A program made the translations under genes and the position numbers. Under the pieces are notes generated by a model. The model was not told where the DNA came from and ran no database searches. It saw nothing but the letters and a program-made list of their open reading frames with translations. A stretch of DNA of 64,000 nucleotides from an uncultured Acidobacteriota bacterium (GTDB lineage: Bacteria; Acidobacteriota; Blastocatellia; RBC074), in NCBI GenBank assembly GCA_963796275.1, contig CAWCKY010000004.1:736001-800000 (forward strand). Direction: 5' to 3'. Every line of letters starts with the position of its first letter. The first letter of the stretch is position 1. This document shows, in pieces, positions 31,953 to 41,199 of this stretch.

Positions 31953-34355
31953 CTACTCATACCTCAACGCGATTATCGGGTCCACCTTCGTCGCCCGCCA
32001 GGCTGGAATCCAGCAGGCCGCGAGGGCCACGAAGGCGAGCAGCAGCGGGATGAAGACGAAAGTCATTGCATCGGTCGCACTTACGCCGAAGAGCAACGTC
32101 TTCATCAATCTGGTCAGCGCGAAAGACGCAATCAATCCGAGCGCCACACCAATCGCAGTCAAGGCCATCCCCCGCTTCACGACCAACACCAACACATCAC
32201 GCGAGCGCGCACCCAATGCGATGCGGACGCCCATCTCATGCCTGCGCTGCGTCACCGAGTAGGAGATCACACCATAGATGCCGACGCTCGCCAGAATCAG
32301 CGCCAGCGCGGCGAAGAGGGCGATCAGCGTCGCACCGAAGCGCTGCAGTGAGACCCCCGAGGCGAAGTGTTGCTCCAGCGCCTGGACCCTAACCACCGGC
32401 AGATCACGGTCGAGCGATCTGACCTCGTTGCGCACGGCCGTCGCGAGACTGAGCGGGTCGGTGGACTCGGTCTTGACGATGAGAAATACATTCCACGAGA
32501 TCGCCTGTATCAGCGGTTGGTACATCGCGGGTTGCGTCTCGTCCGCGAGCCCGTTGTACTTCACATCGCCAGCGACGCCGACGATTTGCCACCAGTCCCG
32601 TTGTCGCTCGTCACTCGTATCGATGCGCTTGCCGATTGGGTCTTCATTCGGGAAGAAGTGCCGCGCCATCGTCTCGTTGATAATCGCCACTTGCGAAGTT
32701 TCGCGGGAATCGGCGGCGCTGAAGTAACGACCGCGGCGCAGCGGGATGCTGAACGCACGGAAGTAATCCGGACTCACACGGATTATGTAGGCTATCGGCG
32801 GAGGTTGATTGGGAACCAGGGGTCGCCCTTCCATTTTGAAATCGTCCGAAAATTCCGTGCTGTCGGGTGGCAGACTGTTGCTCACAGCGACGTCGCGCAC
32901 GCCGGGCAGTGCCCGGATCCGTTCGAGCAGGAGCTGGTAAAATGTGGCTACCTGCTGTGGATCGGCATACCGTTGTCCACGCAGCGCAAGCTGCATCGTC
33001 AGCATGCGCTCAGTGTTGACGCCTGGATCAACACGCAACAACCGCCAGAAGCTTTTGACCAATAGCCCCGCGCCGATCAGCAGGACGACGGCCAGAACCA
33101 GTTCTGAGATCACCAGCAGATCGTGCCAGCGCCGCTTACCGCGACTCTCGGTAACGCTCCGCCCACCCTCTTTGAGCGCCTCGTTGAGACTGATCCGCGA
33201 GCTTTGCCATGCCGGCGCCAACCCGAAGAGCACGCCGGTCAGCAATGATACGAGGGCCGTCCAACCTAACACGCGCACATCAATGCCGGTATGCTCTAAA
33301 CGCGGAATGCCTTCCGGCGCCATCTTGAGGATCAGATCACCGCCCCAAGATGCAAAAAGCAATCCCAGCAGACCGCCGGCGAGCGCCAACAAGAGGCTCT
33401 CGGTCAAAAGTTGCCGGAGAATGCGGGCGCGTCTCGCACCGAGCGCGGCACGGATGGAAATCTCCTTCATGCGCGCAGCCGAACGAACCAGCAGCAAATT
33501 GGCGACATTTACAGCGGCAATCAGCAGCACTAGCGTCACTGCTCCCAACAACATGAGCAGGGGCAATCGCACCTCGCCGACGATGAACTCATCGACGGGC
33601 AGGACGTTGAAAGAGAGCTGCTGGCCTAAAAACCTCGATTTAAAGGCATTCACCGCCTCGGCGCGCGCCTGGTCGAGGTGCACCTCGGATTTCAAGCGCG
33701 CCACGCCTGTGAGAAAGTATGGTCCACGCCGGGTGGGTTGCTGTAACTGCAATGCGACCCATAACTCTACATCTTTATACGGGAAGTCGATGGCGGCCGG
33801 CATGACGCCGATGACGATGAAACTCTCGCCGTTAAGAGTGATCGCGCGACCTACAACCTGCGGATCGGCGGCGAAATATTTACGCCAGAAGCCATCGCTG
33901 ATGAGCGCGACACGCTGTGCGCCGGGTCGCTCTTCATCAGGGGAAAAAGTGCGCCCAAGCGACGGCAATATACCAAGGATGGAAAAGAAATTAGCGGTCA
34001 CGCCGACAGCCTGAACCCGTTCGGGCGTTTCGCCGCTCGTGTAGTTGAACATTATGTTTTGGAACGCGCCGATCTCCGCAAAGGATCGGCTCTGCGCCCT
34101 CCAATCGAGCAGATCGGCGACTGCGAGCGGCGTCCGGTCTCCACCAGCCGCCTCCGCCCCACTGTTCCAAGCCATCACCAGTCGCTCAGACTCCTTGAAC
34201 GGCAAGGGACGCAGCAGAACTGCATTCACCACGCCGAAGATCGCCGTGTTCGCGCCGATGCCCAGCGCCAGGGTGAAAACGGCAATCAATGTGAAGCCGG
34301 GGTTCTTCCACAACATGCGCGCCCCATAGCTCAAGTCTTGCATCAAGGATTGCAT
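31953..34355 (-). CDS. ADOP-family ABC permease
   Basis: MQSLMQDLSYGARML start after GGAGG; VDPIIALRYE end. Confidence 0.95.
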   Translation of the reverse strand: MQSLMQDLSYGARMLWKNPGFTLIAVFTLALGIGANTAIFGVVNAVLLRPLPFKESERLVMAWNSGAEAAGGDRTPLAVADLLDWRAQSRSFAEIGAFQNIMFNYTSGETPERVQAVGVTANFFSILGILPSLGRTFSPDEERPGAQRVALISDGFWRKYFAADPQVVGRAITLNGESFIVIGVMPAAIDFPYKDVELWVALQLQQPTRRGPYFLTGVARLKSEVHLDQARAEAVNAFKSRFLGQQLSFNVLPVDEFIVGEVRLPLLMLLGAVTLVLLIAAVNVANLLLVRSAARMKEISIRAALGARRARILRQLLTESLLLALAGGLLGLLFASWGGDLILKMAPEGIPRLEHTGIDVRVLGWTALVSLLTGVLFGLAPAWQSSRISLNEALKEGGRSVTESRGKRRWHDLLVISELVLAVVLLIGAGLLVKSFWRLLRVDPGVNTERMLTMQLALRGQRYADPQQVATFYQLLLERIRALPGVRDVAVSNSLPPDSTEFSDDFKMEGRPLVPNQPPPIAYIIRVSPDYFRAFSIPLRRGRYFSAADSRETSQVAIINETMARHFFPNEDPIGKRIDTSDERQRDWWQIVGVAGDVKYNGLADETQPAMYQPLIQAISWNVFLIVKTESTDPLSLATAVRNEVRSLDRDLPVVRVQALEQHFASGVSLQRFGATLIALFAALALILASVGIYGVISYSVTQRRHEMGVRIALGARSRDVLVLVVKRGMALTAIGVALGLIASFALTRLMKTLLFGVSATDAMTFVFIPLLLAFVALAACWIPAWRATKVDPIIALRYE

Positions 34356-34398
34356 CTTTCCTCCGAGTTGAGTTGTTATAACAAAAGCCATCCGGCGT

Positions 34399-36837
34399 CT
34401 ATTCGGACCTGAGCGCAATCATCGGATCCACCTTCGCCGCTCGCCGCGCCGGCAGCCAACAAGCCATCAGCGCGACGATGATGATCATCAAGGCCACGAC
34501 AACGAACGTCAGCGGATCGGTCGGGCTCACGCCGAACAACAACTTCTCCATCAACCGCGTCAACCCAACCGCGACCGCCAGGCCAAGCGCCAACCCGGTC
34601 GATGCCAGCTTCATTCCCTGCCCGACGACCAACTTCAACACATCGCGCCCGCGCGCGCCGAGCGCAAGACGAATGCCGACCTCGTGCGTGCGTTGCGCGA
34701 CCGAGTAAGACATCACGCCGTAGATGCCGATGCCCGCGAGCAGCGCGGCGACTCCTGCGAAGACCGCGAGCAGGAGAGCGCTGAAGCGCGACCTGCTCAG
34801 CGAGCGCGCCAGCCAGCCTTCCATCGTCCGCACGTCGGCGACGGGCTGTTCGGCATCGAGCGAGCGGATCACTTCGCGCGCCGGCGCGGCCAGGTTCTCG
34901 GCGTTGCCCGCGCCTCGCGCGCGAACGACGAGCGTCATATTCGTGTAGACAAGCTCCGGGTGCGGCCAGTAAGACATCGGCTCGGCGGGCGCGTCGAGCG
35001 TCTCGTGCTTCACGTCACCGACGACCCCGATCACCTCACACGGCAGGTTCTCGTCTTTCATGTCGATCGTGAGCCGCTTGCCGAGCGGGTCTTCTCCGGC
35101 GAAGTAGCGGCGGGCGAGGGCTTCGTTGATCACCACGACGTGGCGCATCGTTGCCGCTTCCTGCTCGGTGAAGAGCCGCCCGCGCCGCAGGGGGATCCGC
35201 ATCGCCTCGAAGTAATGCGCATCGGTGACCGCGACGCGCGTGACGTGATCCTGGCCTGCGGGCTGCTTGGGCTGTCCCTCAATGTCGAATCTCGTGCCCG
35301 CCGGCGGCGCGGCGAAGGGCAGGAAGCTGATAGCCCCGGCCGATTCTATGCCGGGCAGCGAACGCAGCTTCTCAACCGCTCGCTTGAAGAAGTCGATGCG
35401 CTGTTGATCCTGGGTGTATTTCGCGCCGGGCAGCGCCACACGCATCGTCAGCACTTTCGCGGCGTCGAAGCCCGGATCGACCCCTTGCAACTGCGCGAAA
35501 CTTCGTATCATCAATCCTGCACCGATGAGCAGCACGAGAGCGAGCGCGACTTCAGCCACGACGAAGGCATTACGTATGCCGCGAGCCCGCGCGCCTCCGA
35601 TGACGCCCTTGCCCTCCTTGAGCGCGTCGCTCAGGTTGAGACGCGACGTCTCGCAAGCGGGTGCGAGGCCGAAGACGACTCCAGTCAGGAGCGATACGCC
35701 GAGCGTGAAGAGCAGCACGGGTGCGCTGACCTTCACGCTTTGCAGGTTCACGAGGTCCGGCGGACTCAGGCTGACGAGCGTCTTCGTCCCCAACCAGGCG
35801 AGCAGCAGACCCGCAGCGCCTCCGAGAAGTGCAAGCAGCAGGCTTTCCGTAAGCAGCTGCCGCACAACGCGTGCCCGCCCGGCCCCAAGCGCGCTTCGCA
35901 CGGCGATTTCACGCTGCCGCACAGCAGCGCGCGCGAGCAACAGGTTCGCCACGTTTGCGCAAGCTATCAGCAGCACGAACGCGACGGCAGCGAGCAATAC
36001 GAGAAGAGCGAGGCGGATTTCGCCCGTCAGTTGCTCGCGGAGAGGGACAACATTCACACCCCATCCGGTATTGAACTCTTTGTACTGACTCTCGAGACGC
36101 GCACCGATATCGCTCATCTCGACCTGCGCCCGCTCGATGGTCACACCTGGCTTGAGTCGCGCCACTACACTCAGGAATCGCCCCTCCCGTCGAAGCATCT
36201 CATTCGTGAGCGCGAAGGCCGACCAGATTTCCGAGGCATTGCCCGTAAGCGAGCCTTGTTTGATAAACCAGCTGAAATCGGGCGGGAGGACGCCGACGAT
36301 GGTCGTCTCGTTGCGATTCAGGAGTATCTTCCGCCCAATTACTTCCGGGTCGCCATCGAAACGGCGCCGCCAGAAACCGTAGCCGAGCACGATGGTGCGC
36401 GGCTGACCCGGCTTCCCGTCGTCTGACGTAAACGTCCGGCCGATGATCGCGTTGACTCCCAGCACCGAGAAGAGGTTCGGGGTGGCGATTTGCGCCGCTA
36501 CCTCTTCAGGCTCGCCATCACCCGTCAGGACGTAGCTTCTGTCCGCGAACGCCGCAATATCCTCGAAGACGCCGTTCTGCGCACGCCAGTCGCTGTAGTT
36601 ACCCGGATTGACGACGTTCATCTGCCGGTTGCGAGGTCGATTGTGTTCCCATACCATCACCAGCCGGTCGGCGTCACGATAGGGCAAGATTTGCAGCATC
36701 ACTGCATTGACGACCGAAAAGATCGATGTGTTCGCGCCGATGCCGAGAGCGAGTGTGATGACGGCGATCAAGGCGAAACCGGGTTTCTTCCACAACATTC
36801 GCGCACCAAAACGCAGGTCTTGCAGGAAGGCTTGCAT
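34399..36837 (-). CDS. ADOP-family ABC permease
   Basis: [15 protein letters not shown] start; VDPMIALRSE end. Confidence 0.95.
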   Translation of the reverse strand: MQAFLQDLRFGARMLWKKPGFALIAVITLALGIGANTSIFSVVNAVMLQILPYRDADRLVMVWEHNRPRNRQMNVVNPGNYSDWRAQNGVFEDIAAFADRSYVLTGDGEPEEVAAQIATPNLFSVLGVNAIIGRTFTSDDGKPGQPRTIVLGYGFWRRRFDGDPEVIGRKILLNRNETTIVGVLPPDFSWFIKQGSLTGNASEIWSAFALTNEMLRREGRFLSVVARLKPGVTIERAQVEMSDIGARLESQYKEFNTGWGVNVVPLREQLTGEIRLALLVLLAAVAFVLLIACANVANLLLARAAVRQREIAVRSALGAGRARVVRQLLTESLLLALLGGAAGLLLAWLGTKTLVSLSPPDLVNLQSVKVSAPVLLFTLGVSLLTGVVFGLAPACETSRLNLSDALKEGKGVIGGARARGIRNAFVVAEVALALVLLIGAGLMIRSFAQLQGVDPGFDAAKVLTMRVALPGAKYTQDQQRIDFFKRAVEKLRSLPGIESAGAISFLPFAAPPAGTRFDIEGQPKQPAGQDHVTRVAVTDAHYFEAMRIPLRRGRLFTEQEAATMRHVVVINEALARRYFAGEDPLGKRLTIDMKDENLPCEVIGVVGDVKHETLDAPAEPMSYWPHPELVYTNMTLVVRARGAGNAENLAAPAREVIRSLDAEQPVADVRTMEGWLARSLSRSRFSALLLAVFAGVAALLAGIGIYGVMSYSVAQRTHEVGIRLALGARGRDVLKLVVGQGMKLASTGLALGLAVAVGLTRLMEKLLFGVSPTDPLTFVVVALMIIIVALMACWLPARRAAKVDPMIALRSE

Positions 36838-36889
36838 ATCATCCGCTCCAGTCGACAATAGTTGACAATATTAAATTCAAATATTGCAC

Positions 36890-37016
36890 CCAAATGCTAT
36901 GCCACATACGCGAGTATTGTTAATTCCTTTGACCGCTTAGCTTAGTTGTCGTACGTGGTCAGAAGTTCAGATGCCGGCTGTTCGGGATTGGGATTTGTTA
37001 TTTCGAAAACGGGAAA
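36890..37016 (-). promoter_or_regulatory. sigma54-type promoter (TGGCATAGCATTTGG at 36890-36904) plus enhancer from 36979
   Basis: 53 bp upstream of the ADOP start; TGTTC-N5-TGGGA begins 75 bp from the -24 box. Confidence 0.7.
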
Positions 37017-37048
37017 AGGTAGGAGCTCAGCAATCGATAGCAGAAACG

Positions 37049-37126
37049 AAAAAAGGCAAAAAGTCAAAAATTGGGAATTACTACATCTGACCCGTAGTAT
37101 TTCGCAATTTTGCTATTTGCCTTTTT
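37049..37126. repeat. Long imperfect hairpin downstream of the ompH-like gene (possible terminator)
   Basis: AAAAAGGCAAA...AAAATTG.GAA.TACTAC / GTAGTA.TTC.CAATTTT...TTTGCCTTTTT. Confidence 0.6.
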
Positions 37127-37138
37127 GATTCCCTAAAT

Positions 37139-37780
37139 TTAATTAGTCTTTGTGCCGGATGATGCAGTCGTACCGGCCGGATTGGTTTTGTTGTACTCCT
37201 TCATGAAATCGTCGGTAATGTCGGTAGCAGGGGCGGACCATAACATTACTCCGGCCTGAAATGATTGGCTGCCTTCCAACACCATGACGATTCCGTGCTG
37301 TTGGCTGTAGCTGGCGATATTTTTCTGTATTTTCTCGTAAACAGGTTGGGAGACCTCGCCGAACCGCCTCTGCGCGAAGGCCTCGAAATCTTCGGCCTGG
37401 CGTTTGAGAACCTTCTCCTTTTCCCCAGCGTCTTCCACCCATTGATTGCGTACTTGCGGGCTGACTGTGGTTCCCTGAGTTTGAATCTTATTTTTCAATT
37501 TGTTGAGCTCGTCATCCAGTGCTTGAATGTCTTTTCTCTTCGGCTCCAACTCGGCATTCAAAGCATCGAGCTTAACTTTGAGCTCATCGATGCCCTGGCG
37601 AAATTGACCGAAGAAGAGGATGGCGACTTTGCCATCGGCGCCCGTGCCGCCACCCGGCGCGCGGGTCTCTGCGGGCGGACTCGTGGCCGCCGGACGTTTG
37701 GGAGGCGCCGGTGTCTGGGCTATTACACATAATGCAAACAGGCTAGTTATCAATGACGCGAGGATCATTTTCTTCATCAT
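37139..37780 (-). CDS. skp: OmpH/Skp-family periplasmic chaperone
   Basis: Signal peptide; KVAIL, long coiled coil, GIVMVLE, DITDDFMK. Confidence 0.8.
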   Translation of the reverse strand: MMKKMILASLITSLFALCVIAQTPAPPKRPAATSPPAETRAPGGGTGADGKVAILFFGQFRQGIDELKVKLDALNAELEPKRKDIQALDDELNKLKNKIQTQGTTVSPQVRNQWVEDAGEKEKVLKRQAEDFEAFAQRRFGEVSQPVYEKIQKNIASYSQQHGIVMVLEGSQSFQAGVMLWSAPATDITDDFMKEYNKTNPAGTTASSGTKTN

Positions 37781-38091
37781 CGTTTATCCCCCTTAGAGGT
37801 ATTCTCAAATTCAATTGTATATTTTTCGATATAAGGCAGTCCCCAAACTTTGTCTGAGTGTTCCGGTTGTGGCGCCTCACCTAAGGTCCTTGACATGCAA
37901 AATCGCGTTCAGAACATACGCGAAATCAGCGACTTTCTGCTCGATTTGCTTCAGTCCGGCAGGTGTCAATTTATAGAACCCTATTGCGAAGAATATATTC
38001 GGCTTGCAAAGATGTCAATATCAGGTTGTGGCCGAATACGGTACTACAACTGCGCAAGTTATGCGCCGTTATAAGAACCTCATCGAAACTT

Positions 38092-39165
38092 TTACTTACC
38101 TGCTCGGTCAGTCTTAAAGATCGCCTTCGGAATCATCGCGTGGACGCCCTTAGTCCCATCCACCAGTTGCGTGATGCTCAAATCAGCCGCGACGCTCGCG
38201 AGCATATAGGCATCGTCGCGGGTGAGTTTCTTTTGATTGACCAGAAAATCTATCATCTCGCGCACCGCTATTTTGGTCGCCGCGGTCAGGTCTTCATCGA
38301 TTCCCATCGTCATAAAAGCTTTAGGGGTTTCGGCCCGCGGCCAACTGAGTTTCATGTCTTTCCGCACGATGAGCTGAAGCTTGCCGAAAAGCGAAGTTTC
38401 GAGCGCGGTGATGCAGACCTCGCCATTGCCTTGAGCGGCGTGGCCATCGCCGATCTGAAATAATCCCCCGCGCACGTGAATGGGAATGAAGAGCTTAGTT
38501 CCGGCGACCAGCTCTTTGTTATCGAGGTTGCCCGCGTGAATCCCCGGCGGGGCGCTGCTGATGCGGCCGCTGGCCTCGGGGGGCGCGACCCCCATACTGC
38601 CGAAGAATGGTCGCAGCGGGACCTCGATACCTTCACCGAAACGCCCGACCATGCGTTTTTCATCCAGGGGGATGATCTTAATATTCGAGGTCTGAAAATC
38701 TTCAGGCAGAAACCCGGCACCCGGTCTGAACGCTGTATATGCATAGGGAATGGCCAGCTTGATGGATTGGATTCGAACTTCGAGAACATCACCCGGTTCC
38801 GCTTCTTCGATATAGATTGGGCCGGTGAGAATGTGCCCGCCAGGGCCCTTGTCGGTCACGGTCGTGAAAATCTCGCGGAGAGATGTCTCGATCTCATCTG
38901 GTCTGACGCCGGCGCCCTCCAACCTCGGCGGCGTGGAGGTGATCAGGGTATGTACCTGTACGGTGTCGCCCGATTTGATGCGAAGCACTGGTGGCGTGGA
39001 AGCTGCATAGTAACCCCACGCGACCGTCTTGGGAGTCGGTTTCAATACGTGAGAGTTCCCTGCTGCCGCAGGCTTCTGCGCAAATGCACTTGCGGCAGAA
39101 AGAACGAGCGAGCATAACAAGAGAACTACTGAAGCGATTCGATTTAAAATTGTATCGTTTGGCAA
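38092..39165 (-). CDS. Acetamidase/formamidase-family protein with signal peptide
   Basis: GHILTGPIYIEEAEPGDVL, PFFGSMGVAP, AGNLD, GDGHAAQGNGE. Confidence 0.9.
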   Translation of the reverse strand: MPNDTILNRIASVVLLLCSLVLSAASAFAQKPAAAGNSHVLKPTPKTVAWGYYAASTPPVLRIKSGDTVQVHTLITSTPPRLEGAGVRPDEIETSLREIFTTVTDKGPGGHILTGPIYIEEAEPGDVLEVRIQSIKLAIPYAYTAFRPGAGFLPEDFQTSNIKIIPLDEKRMVGRFGEGIEVPLRPFFGSMGVAPPEASGRISSAPPGIHAGNLDNKELVAGTKLFIPIHVRGGLFQIGDGHAAQGNGEVCITALETSLFGKLQLIVRKDMKLSWPRAETPKAFMTMGIDEDLTAATKIAVREMIDFLVNQKKLTRDDAYMLASVAADLSITQLVDGTKGVHAMIPKAIFKTDRAGK

Positions 39166-39857
39166 TGGTCAGTCTCCCTTTTTTGTAATAATAAGGCGCT
39201 AGTATCGATGCAAAATAGCAAAGAGGCAAAGGTGTGAGGATCACGTAGATTTACATGAAGAATTTCCTGCGTCCCCTTGTCATGGTGACTACTTCAGCCG
39301 CCTATCTATTTACCCTGAAAAAGATTTTGCAGCTAGTGCTGGTGCGAGCCGAAAAATCTAAAATGCGAAACGATGTTTCTTCAACAATACTAGTGCACCA
39401 TTTCGCATATCTTCAAGCGGGCATCAATGCCCGGGTGATAATATTATTTGGCATTATTGCCTAAGTTCTTGATAGACGGCACTTGTGGTGTAAGGTAAGC
39501 GACGAACGAAGTATGTTATATAAGATGGTAAAAGTAGAGAAATGCTAATGGTGAAAAAAACTTATTGAACTACTCTTAAAGTAGAAGTATACTCCGCCAC
39601 GTACCTTCAGCGATACGGCTCGGCTTTATCGGCCAACAAAATACTTTTTACTTATAAGATAAAGCGAACTCAGAGGTTCCATAGATAGACCACTGTGATT
39701 GCCAGAGGCACGCATTGGATAGACGCAGTACTCTGGAAGGTATCACCGCGAGTTGTCATATGAAAACTATATCTACATCGTAATCGGCTCCCGTCGTAGT
39801 AACATCTTTGCTACGAAGTGGGCATTTCACAATTCACATTACTAATTAGGAGAGCGA

Positions 39858-41054
39858 ATGGCTAGGATAAACAGCACAAGCGCATGGCTCATGTTGTTTG
39901 GGATTGGCGTGGGAAATGTAGTACTCCTTCGGTACCTTGATATCAATTTGCGTAGCCTGGTTATATTCAACCTGATCATGTTTGGGTTGGTGATATATTC
40001 TTTGACCAAGCAGCCTAAGAAGCCGGAAACACCAAAACCGCAATGCCCCGGATTCAATCAAATCAACCTACAGCTGGAGGCGAAAAATTCAGAACCCAAA
40101 CCACCGCCACCGCCGCCACCACCACCCGGCATATATATAGTACTTAAATTTATATTTGCCCTTTCAGTAATAGTTAGTTTTTCGGTGGTAGTGGTGTTTA
40201 TGATGCGGGATTGGCTAAAATCACCCGTGTCCAACGAAAAAATAGAAAGTGCAGTCGCGGAAGCAAAGGGGAGGGCAATATACTGGCAAATGGAACCAAG
40301 TAATATATCAATCAAACCCGATTCGGTCTTTGATACGATACGTTTACAAGCTAACTTGGTGTCTAAAGGTTGCGCTGAAAAACCCAGAGCGCAATACATG
40401 CTAACAATCAGGGACATTTTCAAAGAGACCGTTTATCTTTTCGATCCCACCGAATACACCTTGAATATCGATGACGAGCTAACCAGATTTACCACAGCCG
40501 GTGTTTGCAATTACACCAAGAGATGGTACGACGGAAAAAAAATCATTCGTAGACCATTCAGAGATCCGTACCTAGATGACTATGACTACTGGGGTGAATA
40601 TCACCCCTACCATCTCGATACTTTGAAACTACCGGCCGGCCGTGTAGCTGTCGAATTAGTTTACATGCTAATGAAAGTAATACAGGCATCTGATTCATGT
40701 GTGGAAGTGTTAGTCAGGGGCTATGCCGACGGGCAAGATATGAAGTGGAAGAAGGCATTACGACCTGGAAAGTATCTCTATCGGGAGATTCAGACATACA
40801 ATCCTTATAATCCGGTATCGGATCAGGCCTTCAAGTATTCAGCCACCAAGGAGGTTTATCGGGTTGGCGAGGAATATAAAAACGCCGACCTTCCGAATCT
40901 CCGTGCGATGTTTGTGAAGGAAAATATCATAGTTCCTACCCTGACGGCCTGTAACAGTATGAACAATGTGCAGGTCTCTATCTTGAACGGGCACGATTTC
41001 ATCAGATTGAACCCATTGGAAAGAAAGGTACACGTTTATTTAATGGTATATTGA
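39858..41054 (+). CDS. Hypothetical membrane protein with polyproline linker and divergent OmpA/MotB-like C-terminus
   Basis: AGGAG RBS; three hydrophobic segments; nine-proline run; VLVRGYAD...N..L..LRA..V...ERKV; visibly AT-richer DNA. Confidence 0.6.
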   Translation: MARINSTSAWLMLFGIGVGNVVLLRYLDINLRSLVIFNLIMFGLVIYSLTKQPKKPETPKPQCPGFNQINLQLEAKNSEPKPPPPPPPPPGIYIVLKFIFALSVIVSFSVVVVFMMRDWLKSPVSNEKIESAVAEAKGRAIYWQMEPSNISIKPDSVFDTIRLQANLVSKGCAEKPRAQYMLTIRDIFKETVYLFDPTEYTLNIDDELTRFTTAGVCNYTKRWYDGKKIIRRPFRDPYLDDYDYWGEYHPYHLDTLKLPAGRVAVELVYMLMKVIQASDSCVEVLVRGYADGQDMKWKKALRPGKYLYREIQTYNPYNPVSDQAFKYSATKEVYRVGEEYKNADLPNLRAMFVKENIIVPTLTACNSMNNVQVSILNGHDFIRLNPLERKVHVYLMVY

Positions 41055-41099
41055 AATTCCATACCGGTGCTTCCGGAGAGATGCAGCGGTTCTTTCAAA

Positions 41100-41141
41100 A
41101 CCCGCGGATGTGGGCGACTAAATCGCCCACTACGCGGGCTA
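41100..41141. repeat. REP-like doublet, family A
   Basis: CCCGCGGATGTGGGCGA...TCGCCCACTACGCGGGCT. Confidence 0.7.
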
Positions 41142-41199
41142 ACTTCTTGCGAACCTTGAAATCGAGCCGGTCAATTTAAGATTGGTTGGCGAGTTGCTC

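Noticed and set aside
34684-36426. 580-aa ORF and other long antisense ORFs over ADOP genes
   Set aside because: Shadow frames caused by high GC and codon bias; no recognisable motifs
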